A program made the position numbers and the translations under genes. Below are positions 1-13,999 of a stretch of 64,000 nucleotides of DNA, in pieces (the first letter of the stretch is position 1; each line of letters begins with the position of its first letter). The notes under the pieces were generated by a model. That model did not search any database. It saw nothing but the letters and a program-made list of their open reading frames with translations, and was not told the origin of the DNA. The DNA is from Anthoceros angustus. Its lineage: Eukaryota > Plantae > Anthocerotophyta. The stretch lies in the NCBI GenBank assembly GCA_010909165.1, contig MU008205.1, positions 186,001-250,000 of the forward strand, read 5' to 3'.

Positions 1-7
1 CCGATAT

Positions 8-120
8 GGCCAGGTACCGAACCTTCAACCCCGCTTCGAATCTGACAAGGCCAGGTCCCAATCCTTCAATCCTGCTTCGAATCTGACATGGCCAGGTCCC
101 AATCCTTCAATCCTGCTTCA
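8..120. repeat. 41-bp tandem repeat (about 2.8 copies) downstream of Yip1
   Basis: ggccaggt..caatccttcaa..gcttcgaatctgaca recurs at 8, 49 and 90. Confidence 0.85.
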
Positions 121-168
121 ATACCAGAACCACAACCAGAGCATGCAATTCCCATTGCAACCTGGACC

Positions 169-963
169 CTAATTATTGGCAAGGACAAGGAAACCTATAG
201 AGATGTATAAGAGAAGAACAGGAAAGACTGCCAGGGCTCTCCGGGCAGGAGGCACAGCTCCACTCACAAAGGGATAAGCTGCCCAGGAGCTCCACATCAG
301 AGTGACCAAAACCGCGATGCCGCGAAATAGCTTTGGCCAGTTAAACATGCAGAACACAGCTCCAACATCCAAAGGGAAAAGACAGTACCCCAGCACACTG
401 AGGCTCTGGAAAAATATGATGGTCCCCCCGAGCAGCTGGACATTCAATGTGAGTAAAATGGCGCCAGCAGAGAGCGTCGCAAATACCACAGCAAAGGTCT
501 CCGACCTATTCTGGCTGGCAGAAGTGGACAACACAAGAGCCAGCAGGATGATGAAGAAGAAAGGCCCCCACAGATCCCAGTCCCTCAAAGCCTTGCCCGG
601 ATCCTCGCGATACGGGTTAGGAAACACGACATTGAGCAAATTATTCCACACCCGGAACAGATCTCTCTTGATGGTCTCCCACACGGGCTCCGTGAGCGTG
701 TCGTACTCGTGGCCGCCACCAAACCCCTGCGCTGCGATCGTCGGCTCGGAGGTGGAGCTCCCAGATCCCGGTATCTGAGACGACAGCGAGGAGTAGAGCA
801 GCGGAGCCGTGGACACCGGCACCGTAACCCGCGGCGGGCTGGACGGCCTCGCCGGCTGCTCTGCCGACGCTTCCTTCCTGGGAGGCGGCACCGTCAGGCT
901 GAAGAGGCTCTCGATCTCGTCTATGTCCGACTGCGAGGTAGGCACCTTGGCGTAGGGATCCAT
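169..963 (-). CDS. Yip1-domain Golgi/TGN membrane protein (YIP4/YIPF6 type), intronless, 264 aa
   Basis: ATG at 963 (MDPYAK...); motifs [43 protein letters not shown]; about five hydrophobic helices; stop at 169. Confidence 0.93.
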   Translation of the reverse strand: MDPYAKVPTSQSDIDEIESLFSLTVPPPRKEASAEQPARPSSPPRVTVPVSTAPLLYSSLSSQIPGSGSSTSEPTIAAQGFGGGHEYDTLTEPVWETIKRDLFRVWNNLLNVVFPNPYREDPGKALRDWDLWGPFFFIILLALVLSTSASQNRSETFAVVFATLSAGAILLTLNVQLLGGTIIFFQSLSVLGYCLFPLDVGAVFCMFNWPKLFRGIAVLVTLMWSSWAAYPFVSGAVPPARRALAVFPVLLLYISIGFLVLANN

Positions 964-1395
964 CTCCGCTGCCACTGCAGACTGCGCGAGAGAAGCACAC
1001 ACTCCCACGCCACCGCTGAACCCTGCCTGTTCTATTCCGCACCAGCTGCAGCAAAGCAAAGCAACGGCAAGGCAAGCAGATCAACACTCCTCCCTCCCCC
1101 GCCTATCCCGCAGCAGACGCAGTCCGCACTGCACCATCTCGGATGCAACAAACGCCCGGACGTGACCACGCTACGGAGCCCTATCCCAGAGCTCCATCAC
1201 TCCCCGCTCAGCATGTTTCACGCCTCACTTTCTCGCATGCCCCGGGTTTGCCAAGAGCCGACACGGCATTCCCAGCTGTGCATCTCCTTTCAGTGTAACG
1301 CGCGAGCCTAGCCTTGTGGGTCTTACCTCGTACACATTTTACCCTTTACCTTTACACCACAATTTACTGTATAATTACCGATACCCGTCGGTAAC

Positions 1396-1704
1396 CGCAG
1401 GCGCTAATGGTCACAGTGCTCTTAATGCGAGCACGGATACCAAAGCGCCAACTCACCATGGTGAGCATGTCACATCGCAGCGGTCATGCCATAGCTCTCA
1501 TCCACTCTCCCGTTTGGCGCGACGGCATTTCGCGTGCCCGTCGCCGCTTCACTAACCCTAATGTAACGTATAATATAGCTATACCATATGTATTCTATAT
1601 TATACCCATATATCTACGTATTCCTAAACCTGTCTTTAGTTTGAAGAAGTGCAAACTCTGAAGGTGCCCTATCCCGCGCGCTAGTGAGGCCAGGCTCCAG
1701 TGCT
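1396..1704 (+). repeat. Left TIR of the MULE
   Basis: Reverse complement of 20581-20889; near-identical spurious ORFs 1407..1661(+) and 20624..20878(-). Confidence 0.92.
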
Positions 1705-2586
1705 CGCCGTGACCGAACTTGCAGAATGAAGCTCGACTTGAACACAGTGGTCGCTTAGTTGGAGGAGGATGAGCCTACCCAGCTCAGCTTTCTGCCTCTG
1801 CGCATCAGTGTACAGGATTACGATAGAGGCTCACATGTCTATAGAGGTTGCGTGAAATGTTTCACTGGTATCTCGCCGGGAGGGTGGTGTAAAAATGTAA
1901 GGTCATGAATGAGGCACTGCCTCTCGACTCCTCCTTCTGATTCGATTGTGAGGGCGCACGATTCATTGCTGGTAGAGATTTTATTAGGCTCACGCCTGAA
2001 GAGTTTAGCTTGAAGGAATTACGAGGAGAAGGTACAGAAGTCTTGGACCGGCTGCTGCACAAGAGTTTCCTATGCCTCTTCTCCATCAAAAAGGCGTCAA
2101 GTTGACACCCTTCCAACATCATCATTCTAAGGGCTGATGCAGTCTACGTTCAGGAATTGTTTCCTGACCTTGGTGTGATGGACAGCCACACGCTAGCCCA
2201 CACACACAACGCACGCCTCTAGTGCAAACAATTACAGCTTTTCATGCGGACACAAATGAGTGTAGAGCCTGTGAAGACCTTGTGAGCAAACATGTGAACA
2301 AGCCTTTGTCAATTGTTGTGCCTCTTCTTGTTTGTTGTTCTCTGTCTATGGTTGTAACTATTGTGCTGGTTTCACTTCCAGCAAAGACTCTTGCTGCGAT
2401 ATGTCTCGTAGTTTCTCTTGCAGCAATTATAGTGTTCAAGCTTTTGTAAGCGGTCAAAGATACAAGCTGTCCAACGTAAATTACAAAGTGCCAACTACAG
2501 TTGGTTCTCAATTGATGTCTTATATGTCCATGTACCACAAATAGGCTTGCATTCCCTACCACATATTACGGAACAATGGTGTCCAC

Positions 2587-4799
2587 TCATCCAGCAAGCT
2601 CCACGAAAGTGGGCTGTTTCTTCTTAGATGGCAGCTTCCAAGTACTACTTCTTTCCCAAAAAGCAAGCTTCCTTTTCAAGCTGTTATCTGAATTGTTATT
2701 ATCAGCTAGCACTGATAGTGTTGGAAGCATGGTGTTACCTACTGCACCAACTCCCATGCCCTCTAGTTGTCTTATCATTTGCTGGAATAAGCCCTTCGCG
2801 TGCTGCTCAAGAAAAGGCCACTTTTCCAAAACGAGTGTCAACTGCTGGCACAAAGCTCCCAAACTTGGAGAAGTTTCCAATCTACCTACTGTGCACATGG
2901 TTGCTTGCTCGAGAACGGGAATGCCAGTCTCACCTTGGCTACTTGTCCCCAATCATGTGGGAGGAAATTCTCCCACATAGAAGTGTCCTCTTCAGTACTA
3001 GGTAGAAAGCTGTGTTGGAACTCAGTTTGAGCAACTGCAACCTCGGAATACCTAACAACCAGCTTTTGAGTGGGGACTACCTTGTCCATGAGCAGCATAA
3101 CCTTGAGCTGGTGTTTGCACATGAAACCTCGCGTCCCTTTCTTACATGCACAATAACCCCAAGGGGTTCCAGCACCACTCACAATATATCTACGTGCTTT
3201 CCCATTGTCATGACATAAGCAATATTTGGAGAGTCTGGAGTTGGTAAGACCACATGGCTGTCTAATATGGCTGTTGCTTTTTGGAGAGCACTCCGCTTAA
3301 TGTCCTCTTGCTTGGAATTTCGAAGCATGCCAACTGCCTTACACTGGGCTACATACCAAATGTTCCTATTAACCTCTTCGAACAAAATATGCAGCAGCCA
3401 ATCCAATCGCCGATTACGAAGGGTTTTCTTGGAAAGCAAACATCTGTACTTCAGATGTTTGTGATATGCTTCTATGGACGAGTTGCAGTCTTGTCCAACA
3501 TGTGGAATTGTCCTAACTGCTTTAATCCACTGTAGCATGTTAGAACCCCACTGGTCTTCAAAATACTTCAAAAAGCTGCTAGCAGACTCCTGGAAGGTAG
3601 CATAAAACAGCTCAAGTCTTTGGACGCATGCTTGGTTTACCTCTACCCCGACATTAATGTCCATATGCATGATGTCACCTAAGGATTTCATAATTGCATG
3701 CCTGGTGTTGGGTGCCTTCACTTTTTTTAGCAATTGCTGCAGCCAAGCCCTCCGAACATGCCATAGACACAAGAAAACCAATACGTTACTTCCAAACACA
3801 GCCTTGATGCCATTAATTTCTGCCATATAATCGTCTACCAGAAAAGCGATCGGGTGCCAATCTGCCCTATGAAGCAGCATCCTTGCTCGTAAGCATTCCA
3901 CCAACTATGAAATATTAGCTGCCGTAGCCTTGCTGGTAATCATCCAAGCGACAGGGATATCGTTCAAATGATCGTAAAAAACCAACAAAGTGAATAGCTG
4001 GAACTTCCACTTATTGGTGCCAAATGTGGCATCCATAGACATCACTGACTTGTAACCCCGACGTAACATGGACTGTAACTAAAAATCTGTTTGGATGCCT
4101 AACATAAAATCCTTGGCATGCTGTTCTTCTCCCGGCAAAGGAAAAAACACTTCCTCCCTATGGACATCCATCCACAGCTTGATGGACATCCATCCACAGC
4201 TTGACACTCACCTCATCGTTTACATGGAATCGCCACACCCTGGAGTCCAACTTTGCCTGCAAATTCCTTATGTCTCTAGGCAGCAAAAAATCATCGCTCA
4301 AGGACTGCTTGCACATCACGATGCTTCCTTAAAAACACCTTAGGCAATTAGGATCTGAAAAGCAGTCGTCTTACGTAGCAACTTATACTTCACCCACTCC
4401 TTCTTAGCTGTGGACAGGTAAGGAGCAAGGGTACAATTTGAAGCTGAATCACTCGCTAGCAAACCATGATAATACTCTCCTGTTGAATCAATGTGCTCCC
4501 TTTGATGTAGTCTCAGTTCAGCAACCTCAGGAAACATCTCCAGCTATGTTACAAACAACAAAAACTGGCACCCATGTTTCTTACTTTCTCCACAGGCAAT
4601 CTTGGAGCGCGTGCTCCCTTTGCCTAACTTCGGCTTGTTAGTTATGTACGCACAAACTGCAGAATCCAGAGGAGTTTGCTTTCGGTAGCCATAAGCACAG
4701 CAAACTTGATGTAGTCTTAGAGTGGTAGATGAAATTCCTCTTTGCCTCACACCAGATCTGGTCCAAACATTGGCCCTTATCAATTTGGTGGGGAAGAAC
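2587..4799 (-). pseudogene. MULE transposase with SWIM zinc finger, central and C-terminal part (stops and frameshifts)
   Basis: MDATFGTNKWKFQLFTLLVF (about 4040-3980), FLVDD..AEINGIKAVF..FLCLWHVRRAW, CNSSIEAYH, SWIM CACKKGTRGFMCKH. Confidence 0.88.
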
Positions 4800-5707
4800 C
4801 ACTACTAGGAAACCATGCCCTTTACTAACATCTGTTTTTTAGAGAGATGAGAGAGCGGAGCACCTGTTCGTTTTACTACAGGGCTTTATTTGCCGAATTA
4901 TTCTCCTAAAGTATACAACTAGACTTTACAACATGGGTTGCGGTGTTTTACTACGGTTGGGTTTCGCCGCGACTCAATACGATTACATAGCAGTGGCGAA
5001 AGTCTCTTATTACGAAGGCAATTTGGATCACAACAAGATAGAAAACTTTACTACGCAAGTATGGAATTTACTACCTGGAGTTTTACTGGTGGGTTAGTTT
5101 TTTCAGGTTTAGAAGTGTTTTACAGTGAAAGTTTACCTTTTCCTAAGACTCTTATTTACTATCCAGCTATATTTTTTTACTACATGCCTGGATTTACAAC
5201 GGATGTACCTTTAACCCTACACCTTCTGCGCATGTGATCACTATGGGTGTATATGTTACTTACCACGGGCTGTCTTTTACTAAGTTATCAAAAGCATTAC
5301 AGCATGGTTTTTTTTGCGAATTTTTAGGGGTTGCCACAAACCCTAAATTGCACACCCTATATATGCTCACACTAATGGGGGTTTGGGCCAAAACGCGCCT
5401 TTATGGCATCCCATAGAAGGCACATGGTATGTTGCTGCTCGTCCACCCATGTGAGTATCCCAGGCGTCCACGGCACAGGCATCAATTCCAGCATTGAATC
5501 TATCTCCGAAAGGCAACGGCCCACTACCATGAACCGCATGCGGAACTCGAAACTCGCTGGACATGAACAATTCTATGGGCGTCCTCTGCGCTCACGATGG
5601 TGTCGCGTGGGGGTAGTTGACCCCGAACCGCCCATGCGTGATCAAAGGTGGCGCGGATGGTGGCCTCGCACTGAGCAGTGTATTCCGGCCATCCATCTCC
5701 GGGAGAT

Positions 5708-6081
5708 TGTCATGGCATGCAGTGGTAGAAAGAGGTAGATAAGAATCTGAGGGTGATGGTGTGTGTGTGCTATGTGTGTGGTGGCATGATGAGTGGCATG
5801 GTATGGAAATAGGATGGTGTCGTGGTTATGTGGACCATACAAGCGTAATCACAAGCGCAATTAAGGCTCGGCGGCGAAGATCTCCGACATGTGCGGGTGT
5901 GATCACGGCGCTTGAATTCGGGCCAAGAATTAAGATCGGCGGTGTAGGCTACAAAGTCCAAAGAATCATTGAGGCGGATTGTTGATGTCTGATTCAATAG
6001 AACAGACATCCCAAGCATTTTGAGCACCTTGTGATGCTTCACCGTGTGTGCAGAGGACAACCATCCCAAGTCGAATTTTGC
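5708..6081 (+). repeat. Terminal repeat A1
   Basis: Aligns with indels to 15290-15688; similarity ends at aattttgc. Confidence 0.9.
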
Positions 6082-6419
6082 ACATCAACAATCCGCATCT
6101 TTGGTGAAGCCACACAAGGTAGCAACGCGACTCGAAGGTCAGAGAGGGGCCCGAGATTCGGGAAGACGGAGAGGCTGAATCGGTGACCCCAAGCCGGTGA
6201 ACGACACGTATAAGTCCATGGTAGTCGAGAAAACACCTTGGATTATTCACTACTGCTTTATGCGCATCCATTCAGAGTGGGCCGATCCGTGGAGCCGGAA
6301 GCGATTTTTGGCAACGCCTGGAGTGAGGTGATTGACAAGTCGGCATGGTTGGCGGGTGGGCCGGAAGGCGGCACCAACTTTGACGGAATGCCTTACATAG
6401 TCTCTCGCAGGGGGAGGGA

Positions 6420-9400
6420 TTGATAGTGATGGTGTTGTTACGGTCAGGGTGGACGAACGAAAGCACACCGACAACGGAAGCTTACAATCCCGGGGCACAG
6501 CTTCCTTCGGTCCGTAGGACAAGTGGTCAGTTTGAGTGGAGTCACACTCCTATCAGATCCATTGACTTTGAAGAAAATCGTGGTGGCGCCAGGATGGATT
6601 ATGAACCAGCGCCCAGCAAAAATGATGTGTTCACAGGTAGACACGGTAGTATGTCTCTTGCTGACTTTGAAGAGAAGTTCAGATGGGCGATTGATGAGAT
6701 GGTGCTCAAATACAAGTCTGAGTTCACACCGGAGATGGCACTCAGAAAGATGAGCACGTTTCTAGCCGGTGAAGCTTTAACCTGCTATCGTGACTGCAAA
6801 GAAAAGATCTGCAGGATGCACACATGTCGCTGCGAATGAAGCGGGCAAGGAAAGGCTCCAAGGTCGATGATGAAGAACCAGGATCATCGGGTTCATCGCA
6901 GTCCGAGGTCATCACTTATTTGGTGGACGAGATGTTCGTCAAGTTTGGTGAGATGTTTCCAGTAGCTTCCATTGAGAAAATCCAAGAGTTGTCAAAGTTT
7001 GTGATCAAGCCAAATGAGCCTCTAAGATCTGCATATCTACGGTTGAGGCGGTGGTGAAAGACACCAAGGTGAAGACCATGAGGGAGGCAGCAAATATACA
7101 TTGCCGACCGCCAGAAGACAGAGGAGGGTGATCGCCAACTTTGCATATGCTACATGGGCGATTATGAGTTGGAGCAGCGTCGAGATGGCCGAAAGAGTTA
7201 TGAAGGAGATCATCACCAATGCTTCGGGAGGAGCACAATGTGATCGGAGGTCACACCAAAGACTTCAACATTGAAGCAGCCGGAAGTCACATTATCGCGA
7301 GCATGTGCGGTGAACGCTCAACGCAGAGCCGCCATCAAAGGATCAAGTGGCTCATGTAGCTTCAAGACATCCGTAAAGTGTTTACGGTGCAAGGGGCCGC
7401 ATAAGGCGTATGAATGTGAGCATCGTGTTGGTGGGTCAAAGGAGAAAGAGGCGTGCGGGCATGTGGTAAAACCGGACATACGGAAGCCGCCACGGGCAAG
7501 CCCATCCCGAACTCAAACCCAAGGGCCTAGGAGACCGAGCAATGGACAAGCAGAATCGGTGCGAGCTACACTCGGAAGCCTTAGTGAGGTGCAAGAGCTA
7601 TGAGCGTGAGCATAAACAAGGACTCATGTCGGCGAGAAACCTATGACTCGGACGAAGATGTGTTTGCGTTGATGACGGAAAGGTCAAGGCGGACCAAAGT
7701 GGGAAGCATTGATTTCGGCAAGGGTGTAAAAGTGAAGGCCGATGGGGATAGGAATCATTGAGAATGCCCAAGTCATTCGAGCGAGATCCGGGGACGACGT
7801 CACACATCGAGGATGAGGTTGTTCCTAATCTGATTACATTGGAAAAAGCCATGGATGTACCGGTAAGTTTGCGGGACACAGGGATCCGGACACAACCGTT
7901 CAAGCAAGCAATGCGGGCATGGATTAAGAAGGAAGCCCGAGTTGAACATGGTGTCCGGGCTTGTCACCACGTGGTGATCACCTAAAGCCGGCTAGGGAAA
8001 GGTGGAATAGCGTTAGTGAAGAATCGCGAACGAGAAGTCACCGTCAATGGCTTTGCACCGAGTGTGTGTTAGTAGACACCGGTGCCGATCCGGTGTTGCT
8101 TGGGCGCAGGTGCAAGCACTGGCTGTATGGAGACAAGTCAAGCCGGAGGTAATGGATCACCACATCTGCAGCACCAAAGAATGTGATGGGGATGACTCGC
8201 GATCCGATTCGGATAGAGTATAAGCCGAGATGCGATGCGTGTGTGGTGGAAGTACATTGTTTGGTTTCGGATGCATGAAACTATGATGTGTTATTGGGTG
8301 CGGATGCTACGCGACGGCCAATGGGGTGGATCCGCACTCTGGCATTTTATAGGCCAAAGTGGCGGGATGGAGATTTCACATGTCGCTGCGAATGAAGCGG
8401 GCAAGGAAAGGCTCCAAGGTCGATGATGAAGAACCAGGATCATCGGGTTCATCGCAATCCGAGGTCATCACTTATTTGGTAGACGAGATGTTCGTCAAGT
8501 TTGGTGAGATGTTCCCAGTATCTTCCATTGAGAAAATCCAAGAGTTGTCAAAGTTTGTGATCAAGCCAAATGAGCCTCTAAGATCTGCATATCTACGGTT
8601 GAGGCAGCTGGTGAAAGACACCAAGGTGAAGACCATGAGGGAGGCAGCAAATATACATTGCTGCCGCCAGAAGACAGAGGAGGGTGATCGCCAACTTTGC
8701 ATATGCTACATGGGGCGATTATGAGTTGGAGCAGCGTCGAGATGGCCGAAAGAGTTATGAAGGAGATCATCACCAATGCTTCGAGGAGCACAATGTGATC
8801 GAGGTCACACCAAAGACTTCAACATTCTGCAGCCGAAGTCACATTATCGCGAGCATGTGCAGGTGAACGCTCAACGCAGAGAGCCGCCATCAAAGGATCA
8901 AGTGGCTCACAGCGCTGTAAGCTTCAAGACATCCGTAAAGTGTTTACGGTGCAAGGGGCCGCACAAGGCGTATGAATGTGAGCATCGTGTTGGAGGGTCA
9001 AAGGAGAAAGAGGCGTGCAGGGCATGTGGTAAAACCGGACATACGGAAGCCGCTTGCTGGCAAGCCCATCCTGAACTCAAACCTAAGGGCCTAGGAGACC
9101 GAGCAATGGACAAGCAGAAATCGGGTGCGAGCTACACTCGGAAGGCACTGCTTAGTGAGGTGCAGCCGCAAGAGCCGCTATGAGCGTGAGCATAAACAAG
9201 GACTCATGCGCGCGTAAACCTATGACTCGGACGAAGATGTGTTTGCGTTGATGACGGAAAGGTCAAGGCAGACCAAAGTGGGAAGCATTGATTTCGGCAA
9301 GGGTGTAAAAGTGAAGGCCGATGGGGATAGGAATCATTGAGAATGCCCAAGTCATTCAGGCAGATCCAGGACGAGGACGACGTCACACATCAGGATGAGG

Positions 9401-11340
9401 TTGTTCCTAATACAGAGATTCTGTTGGAAAAAGCCATGGATGTACCCTTGGTAAGTTTGCGGGACCTGGGGATCCGGACACAACCGTTCAAGCAAGCAAT
9501 GCGGGCATGGATTAAGAAGGAAGCCCGAGTTGAACATGGTGTCCGGCTTGTCACCACGTGGTGATCACCTAAAGCCGGCTAGGGGAAAGGTGGAATAGCG
9601 TTAGTGAAGAATCGCGAACGAAGTCACCGTCAATGGCTTTGCACCGGAGTGTGTGTTAGTAGACACTGGTGCAGATCCAGTGTTGCTTGGGGCACGGTGC
9701 AAGAAGCACTTTGTATGGAGACAAGCGGGCGTGTGAGGTACGGATCACCACATCTGCAGCACCAAAGAATGTGATGGGGATGACTCGCGATCCGATTCGG
9801 ATAGAGTATAAGCCGAGAATGAGATGCGTGTGTGGTGGAAGTACATTGTTTGGTTTCGGATGCATGAAATTATGATGTGTTACTGGGTGCGAGATGCTAC
9901 ACGGGCCAAGAATGGGGTGGATCCGCTCGCCGCATTTTATAGGCCAAAATGGCGGGATGGAGATTTCACACATGTTGCCAGAATTCCTCTGGACATGAGG
10001 AGGCATGGTGAAAGATCAAGAAGTATGCTGGCGTTCACGGCGTGCGCAACCGAAAGTGTTCACCGAGGGGAGGTGCGGGAAGAGACACAGGACCTGGCAC
10101 GACACGAGGTGTCGGAAGAAGGCACAACATCGAATGATGTGCGTGTACCCACCGTGAGGAAGCTTTGGAAAGAGGCGTGCAGGGCATGTGGTAAAACCGA
10201 CATACGGAAGCCTGGCAAGCCCATCCCGAACTCAAACCCAAGGGCCTAGGAGACCGAGCAATGGACAAGCAGAATCGGTGCGAGCTACACTGAAAGCCGC
10301 TTAGTGAGGTGCGTGGTGCAAGAGCTGGCTATGAGCGTGAGCATAAACAAGGACTCATGCGTAAACCTATGACTCGGACGAAGATGTGTTTGCGTTGATG
10401 ACGGAAGGTCAAGGCGGACCAAAGTGGGAAGCATTGATTTCGGCAAGGGTGTAAAAGTGAAGGCCGATGGGGATAGAATCATTGAGAATGCCCAAGTCAT
10501 TCGAGCGAATCCAGACGAGGACGTCACACATCGGGATGAGGTTGTTCCTAATAGATTCATTGGAAAAAGCCATGGATGTACCCGTAAGTTTGCGGGACAC
10601 AGGGATCCGGACACAACCGCTCAAGCAAGCAATGCGGGCATGGATTAAGAAGGAAGCCACCGAGTTGAACATGGTGTCCGGGCTTGTCACCACGTGGTGA
10701 TCACCTAAAGCCGGCTAGGGGAAAGGTGGAATAGCGTTAGTGAAGAATCGCGAACGAAGTCACCGTCAATGGCTTTGCACCGGAGTGTGTGTTAGTAGAC
10801 ACCGTGCCGATCCGGTGTTGCTTGGGGCACGGTGCAAGAAGCACTTCTGTATGGAGACAAGCCGGGCGTGTGAGGTACGGATCACCACATCTGCAGCACC
10901 AAAGAATGTGATGGGGATGACTCGCGATCCGATTCGGATAGAGTATAAGCGACAGATGCGTGTGTGGTGGAAGTACATTGTTTGGTTTGGTCGAAACTAT
11001 GATGTGTTATTGGGTGCGGATACTACGGGCCAAGAATGGGGTGGATCCAGCACTTGGCATTTTATAGGCCAAAGTGGCGGGATGGAGATTTCACACATGT
11101 CGCGAATTCCTCCGGACATGAGGAGGCATGGTGAAAGATCAAGAAGTATCTTTGGCGTTCACGGCGTCTGTGGCCGAAAGTGTTCACCGAGGGGAGGTGT
11201 GGGAAGAGACACAAGACTGCACGACACGAGGTGTCGAAGAAAGCACAACATCGAATGATGTGCGCGTGGTACCCACCGTGAGGAAGCTTTGGAAAGAGGC
11301 GTGTTCGGCGGATGCAAATATGGCGAATCACCGAGCAATT
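6420..11340 (+). pseudogene. gag (two zinc knuckles) and aspartic protease, as three overlapping tandem copies
   Basis: DVFTGRHGSMSLADFEEKF..FLAGEALTCY; CLRCKGPHKAYEC; CRACGKTGHTEAAC; VLVDTGADPVLLG; copies start at about 6821, 8377 and 10165. Confidence 0.85.
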
Positions 11341-11399
11341 GTCGAAAGAAGCTCGCCACAATGACGATCATAGAAATCTGGGTTACAAATCGATAACCA

Positions 11400-13320
11400 A
11401 GTGATTCGTTAGCGGTGGGAGCGAAACATGAACATGCTTGGCGGGAGTTAAAGGATCAATTGTCGAAGGCCCATGCTCAAACGGCTGATTTTGACAACCG
11501 TTCACTCAGATACCGATGCAATCTGGAATCGGGCTGTACTTGCAGGTGGATCGGGAAGGAAAAGAAAGAGTGATTGCGTGTCTGAGTAGGTCGAACAATT
11601 CCGGAAGCCAATTATTCGTCGTATGAGGGTGAATGTTTGGGCATGTGGCGATTCTACATTTAATTTATTTGTTCGGCAGAGCTTCCAACTCGTGGCCGAT
11701 CACCGGCTGCGTTAATGACGAACATGAAGTTGAGTGGCAAGCTCGCAAGGTGGGCGTTGCTGCTGTCAGAGTATGATATGCACATAGTGCACCGGGCAGG
11801 CAAAGTACATCACAATGCGGATGGACTTAGCAGGAACCCAGTACTTGATGACAAAGATGGGACTGGTGCACGGCAGGATTTTGATCATGCTCGTTACATG
11901 CCAAGCATGTATATGGCTCTCATGGCCACAAGTCAGGAAGGAAGAAAACAACTCAATGAGGGAGGACGAGACATATGGAAATCTGGGCATGCTATTCAGC
12001 TATTGAAGGAAGGACAAGTAGTTGGACTAGAGCCATGGTTCAAAAGCTACGGAAGGTCATGAGGTATACGGAGGGATGGCAAATTGTTAGTGATCGTGGA
12101 GTGTGTAAATGGTCCCTCCCATAGAGGAACAGGAGCAGATAGTGAGTAAAGTGCACAAGACACTTGGGCACTTGTGTAAAAAGGACGCATCATATCTTTT
12201 GAAGAGTGCCTATTTTTGGTCCGGAATGTACTCAGGCGAGCGAGTGGTGTCGAGATGTGCTTGTGATGCGCCAAAGCAAGGTTCAACGGGATGTGGTGTT
12301 GCATTGCTGCCTATTCGGGTCTTCTTTCGATGGTCCGTTGACCTCATGCGAGCTACCATTGACCAAGCAAGGCAACAAGCATTGTATGCTCATGATAGAA
12401 CACTTCTCCAAGTGGGTGGAATTGGCATTCCTTCCGATCGAACTTCCCAATTCACGACGAGCTTTCTTACGGTGCGTTTTGAGCGGATATGGAAGGCTGC
12501 GGTCGCCGGATCAAGGAAAGCGAATTGGAGGAGAGTTCCAAGCGTTGTTGGATCGGAGTTTGATAGATCACAGGGCCGCGTCACGGATCATCCTCGTGCG
12601 ATGGTTTAGCAGAAAGGCTGGTGCAAACTTTCAAGGATTCACTTCGTAAGTACTGCACGGAAATCGAGCCTAATTGTTGGGATGAGTTGCTACCTTACGT
12701 TGCCACAGGCTGAGATCGATGTCTGCAGCCACAGGCAACCTCCTACTACATAATGTTTGGCAGGAATGTTGTGCTGCCCAACATAGTGGCAGACACATAT
12801 TCCAAACCAGTGGACTGGACACAAGATGTGGATGAGTGTTGCTCAGAGTTACGAAACCGGGCCAAGTTGTTACAACGAGTGATACCCATGGCGATGGACA
12901 ATCGCCGCCATATGAGAGATCAATTGAGGTATGCATTCACACGAGGAGGATCATGGAAGCCAAAGGCCGAAAGTTCGTAGGTGATTTCGTATCTTCAACA
13001 TCGCCCTTCCGCACTTGGGCGTAAACACGGACGGTTGATTTTGAGAGTGGTGAGCGTTGGTGAGCAAGGGTCATCGAGTTGGAAGGGGCAAGATGGCGGA
13101 TGCAAGGAGCACATGCGACATCCGCCCTGCCACTTGCCGAATCTTGATACGCGCATACAACCACAAGCATGGAAGCCACCTGCCGTGCGAACATGTGGTC
13201 AAATCACGACCCACTAATCTTTGTGTGACCGGTGCAACCAAGGACATCATGTCTTTTGTCTTCGACCGCCGTTGAAAGCGATCCCGGAAGGAGAATGGTT
13301 TTGTCACAAATGCACGACGG
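11400..13320 (+). pseudogene. RNase H - integrase - PHD finger (frameshifted)
   Basis: ANYSSYEGECL; KLARWALLLSEYDMHIVHRAGKVHHNADGLSR; HKTLGH..AYFWSGMY; RWSVDL..IEHFSKWVEL; LCDRCNQGHHVFCLRPPLKAIPEGEWFCHKC. Confidence 0.88.
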
Positions 13321-13999
13321 AAAAGTTAGGGCGGAAAGAAGCTGGGGGGCCAGGTAAAACGCGCACTCACGGTGTGGGCGTGCGGGAAGAGAGTCACTAA
13401 AGGGGAAGGTCTGTAAAACCCGTTACTTGCCTTATCGATATGCGGGTTGTGTGAGACGTACAGCGGGGTTGGCGAGCGCAAGGGAAGTAAAGGTGTGGAC
13501 GGAGGATTGGCGGGCACGAAGGAGGATTCTACAATAGACTGGAGGATTCAGCGATCTATTGGAGAAGGCGACAATTCTTGGAGAAATACAGTGTGAGTGC
13601 ATCGATGCGGTGGCAGTGCGAGAAGGTGAACAGGGGTCCACGGTGCATGTGGGAGAAAGCTAATTGCGGTGACCGCCGTGTGGGTGCGAGAAGCAAGGAA
13701 GGCGGCCTGATCCGGGACATCAACAGCGAGTTGTTGCAGGTGAAGGAAAGGCGATGACGATGGAACATCAGGTAGCCGAAGCACACGACTGAGCGGTAAT
13801 CAGAGTTGTTAACAGTGCATGTAGTTGCAGGCTGTAGATAGGGATAAGAGGCAGCTCAAGTGACGAAAAGTGAAAAGGCGGTGATCACAGAAGAATTGGG
13901 GTGAAGAACAAGCGCGAAGGTGGTCATGGCATCAAGTGTCTGGATGTGAGCACGAGCAGTAGAGGGTGCATGGTATGTTTGTTATGTAGACGGCAAGTG

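Noticed and set aside
964-1059. N-terminal extension of the 169..1059 ORF
   Set aside because: Starts at a non-ATG codon; Yip1-like sequence begins at ATG 963.
1407-1661. Duplicated 84-aa ORF (also 20624..20878)
   Set aside because: It is a translation of the MULE TIRs, not a gene pair.
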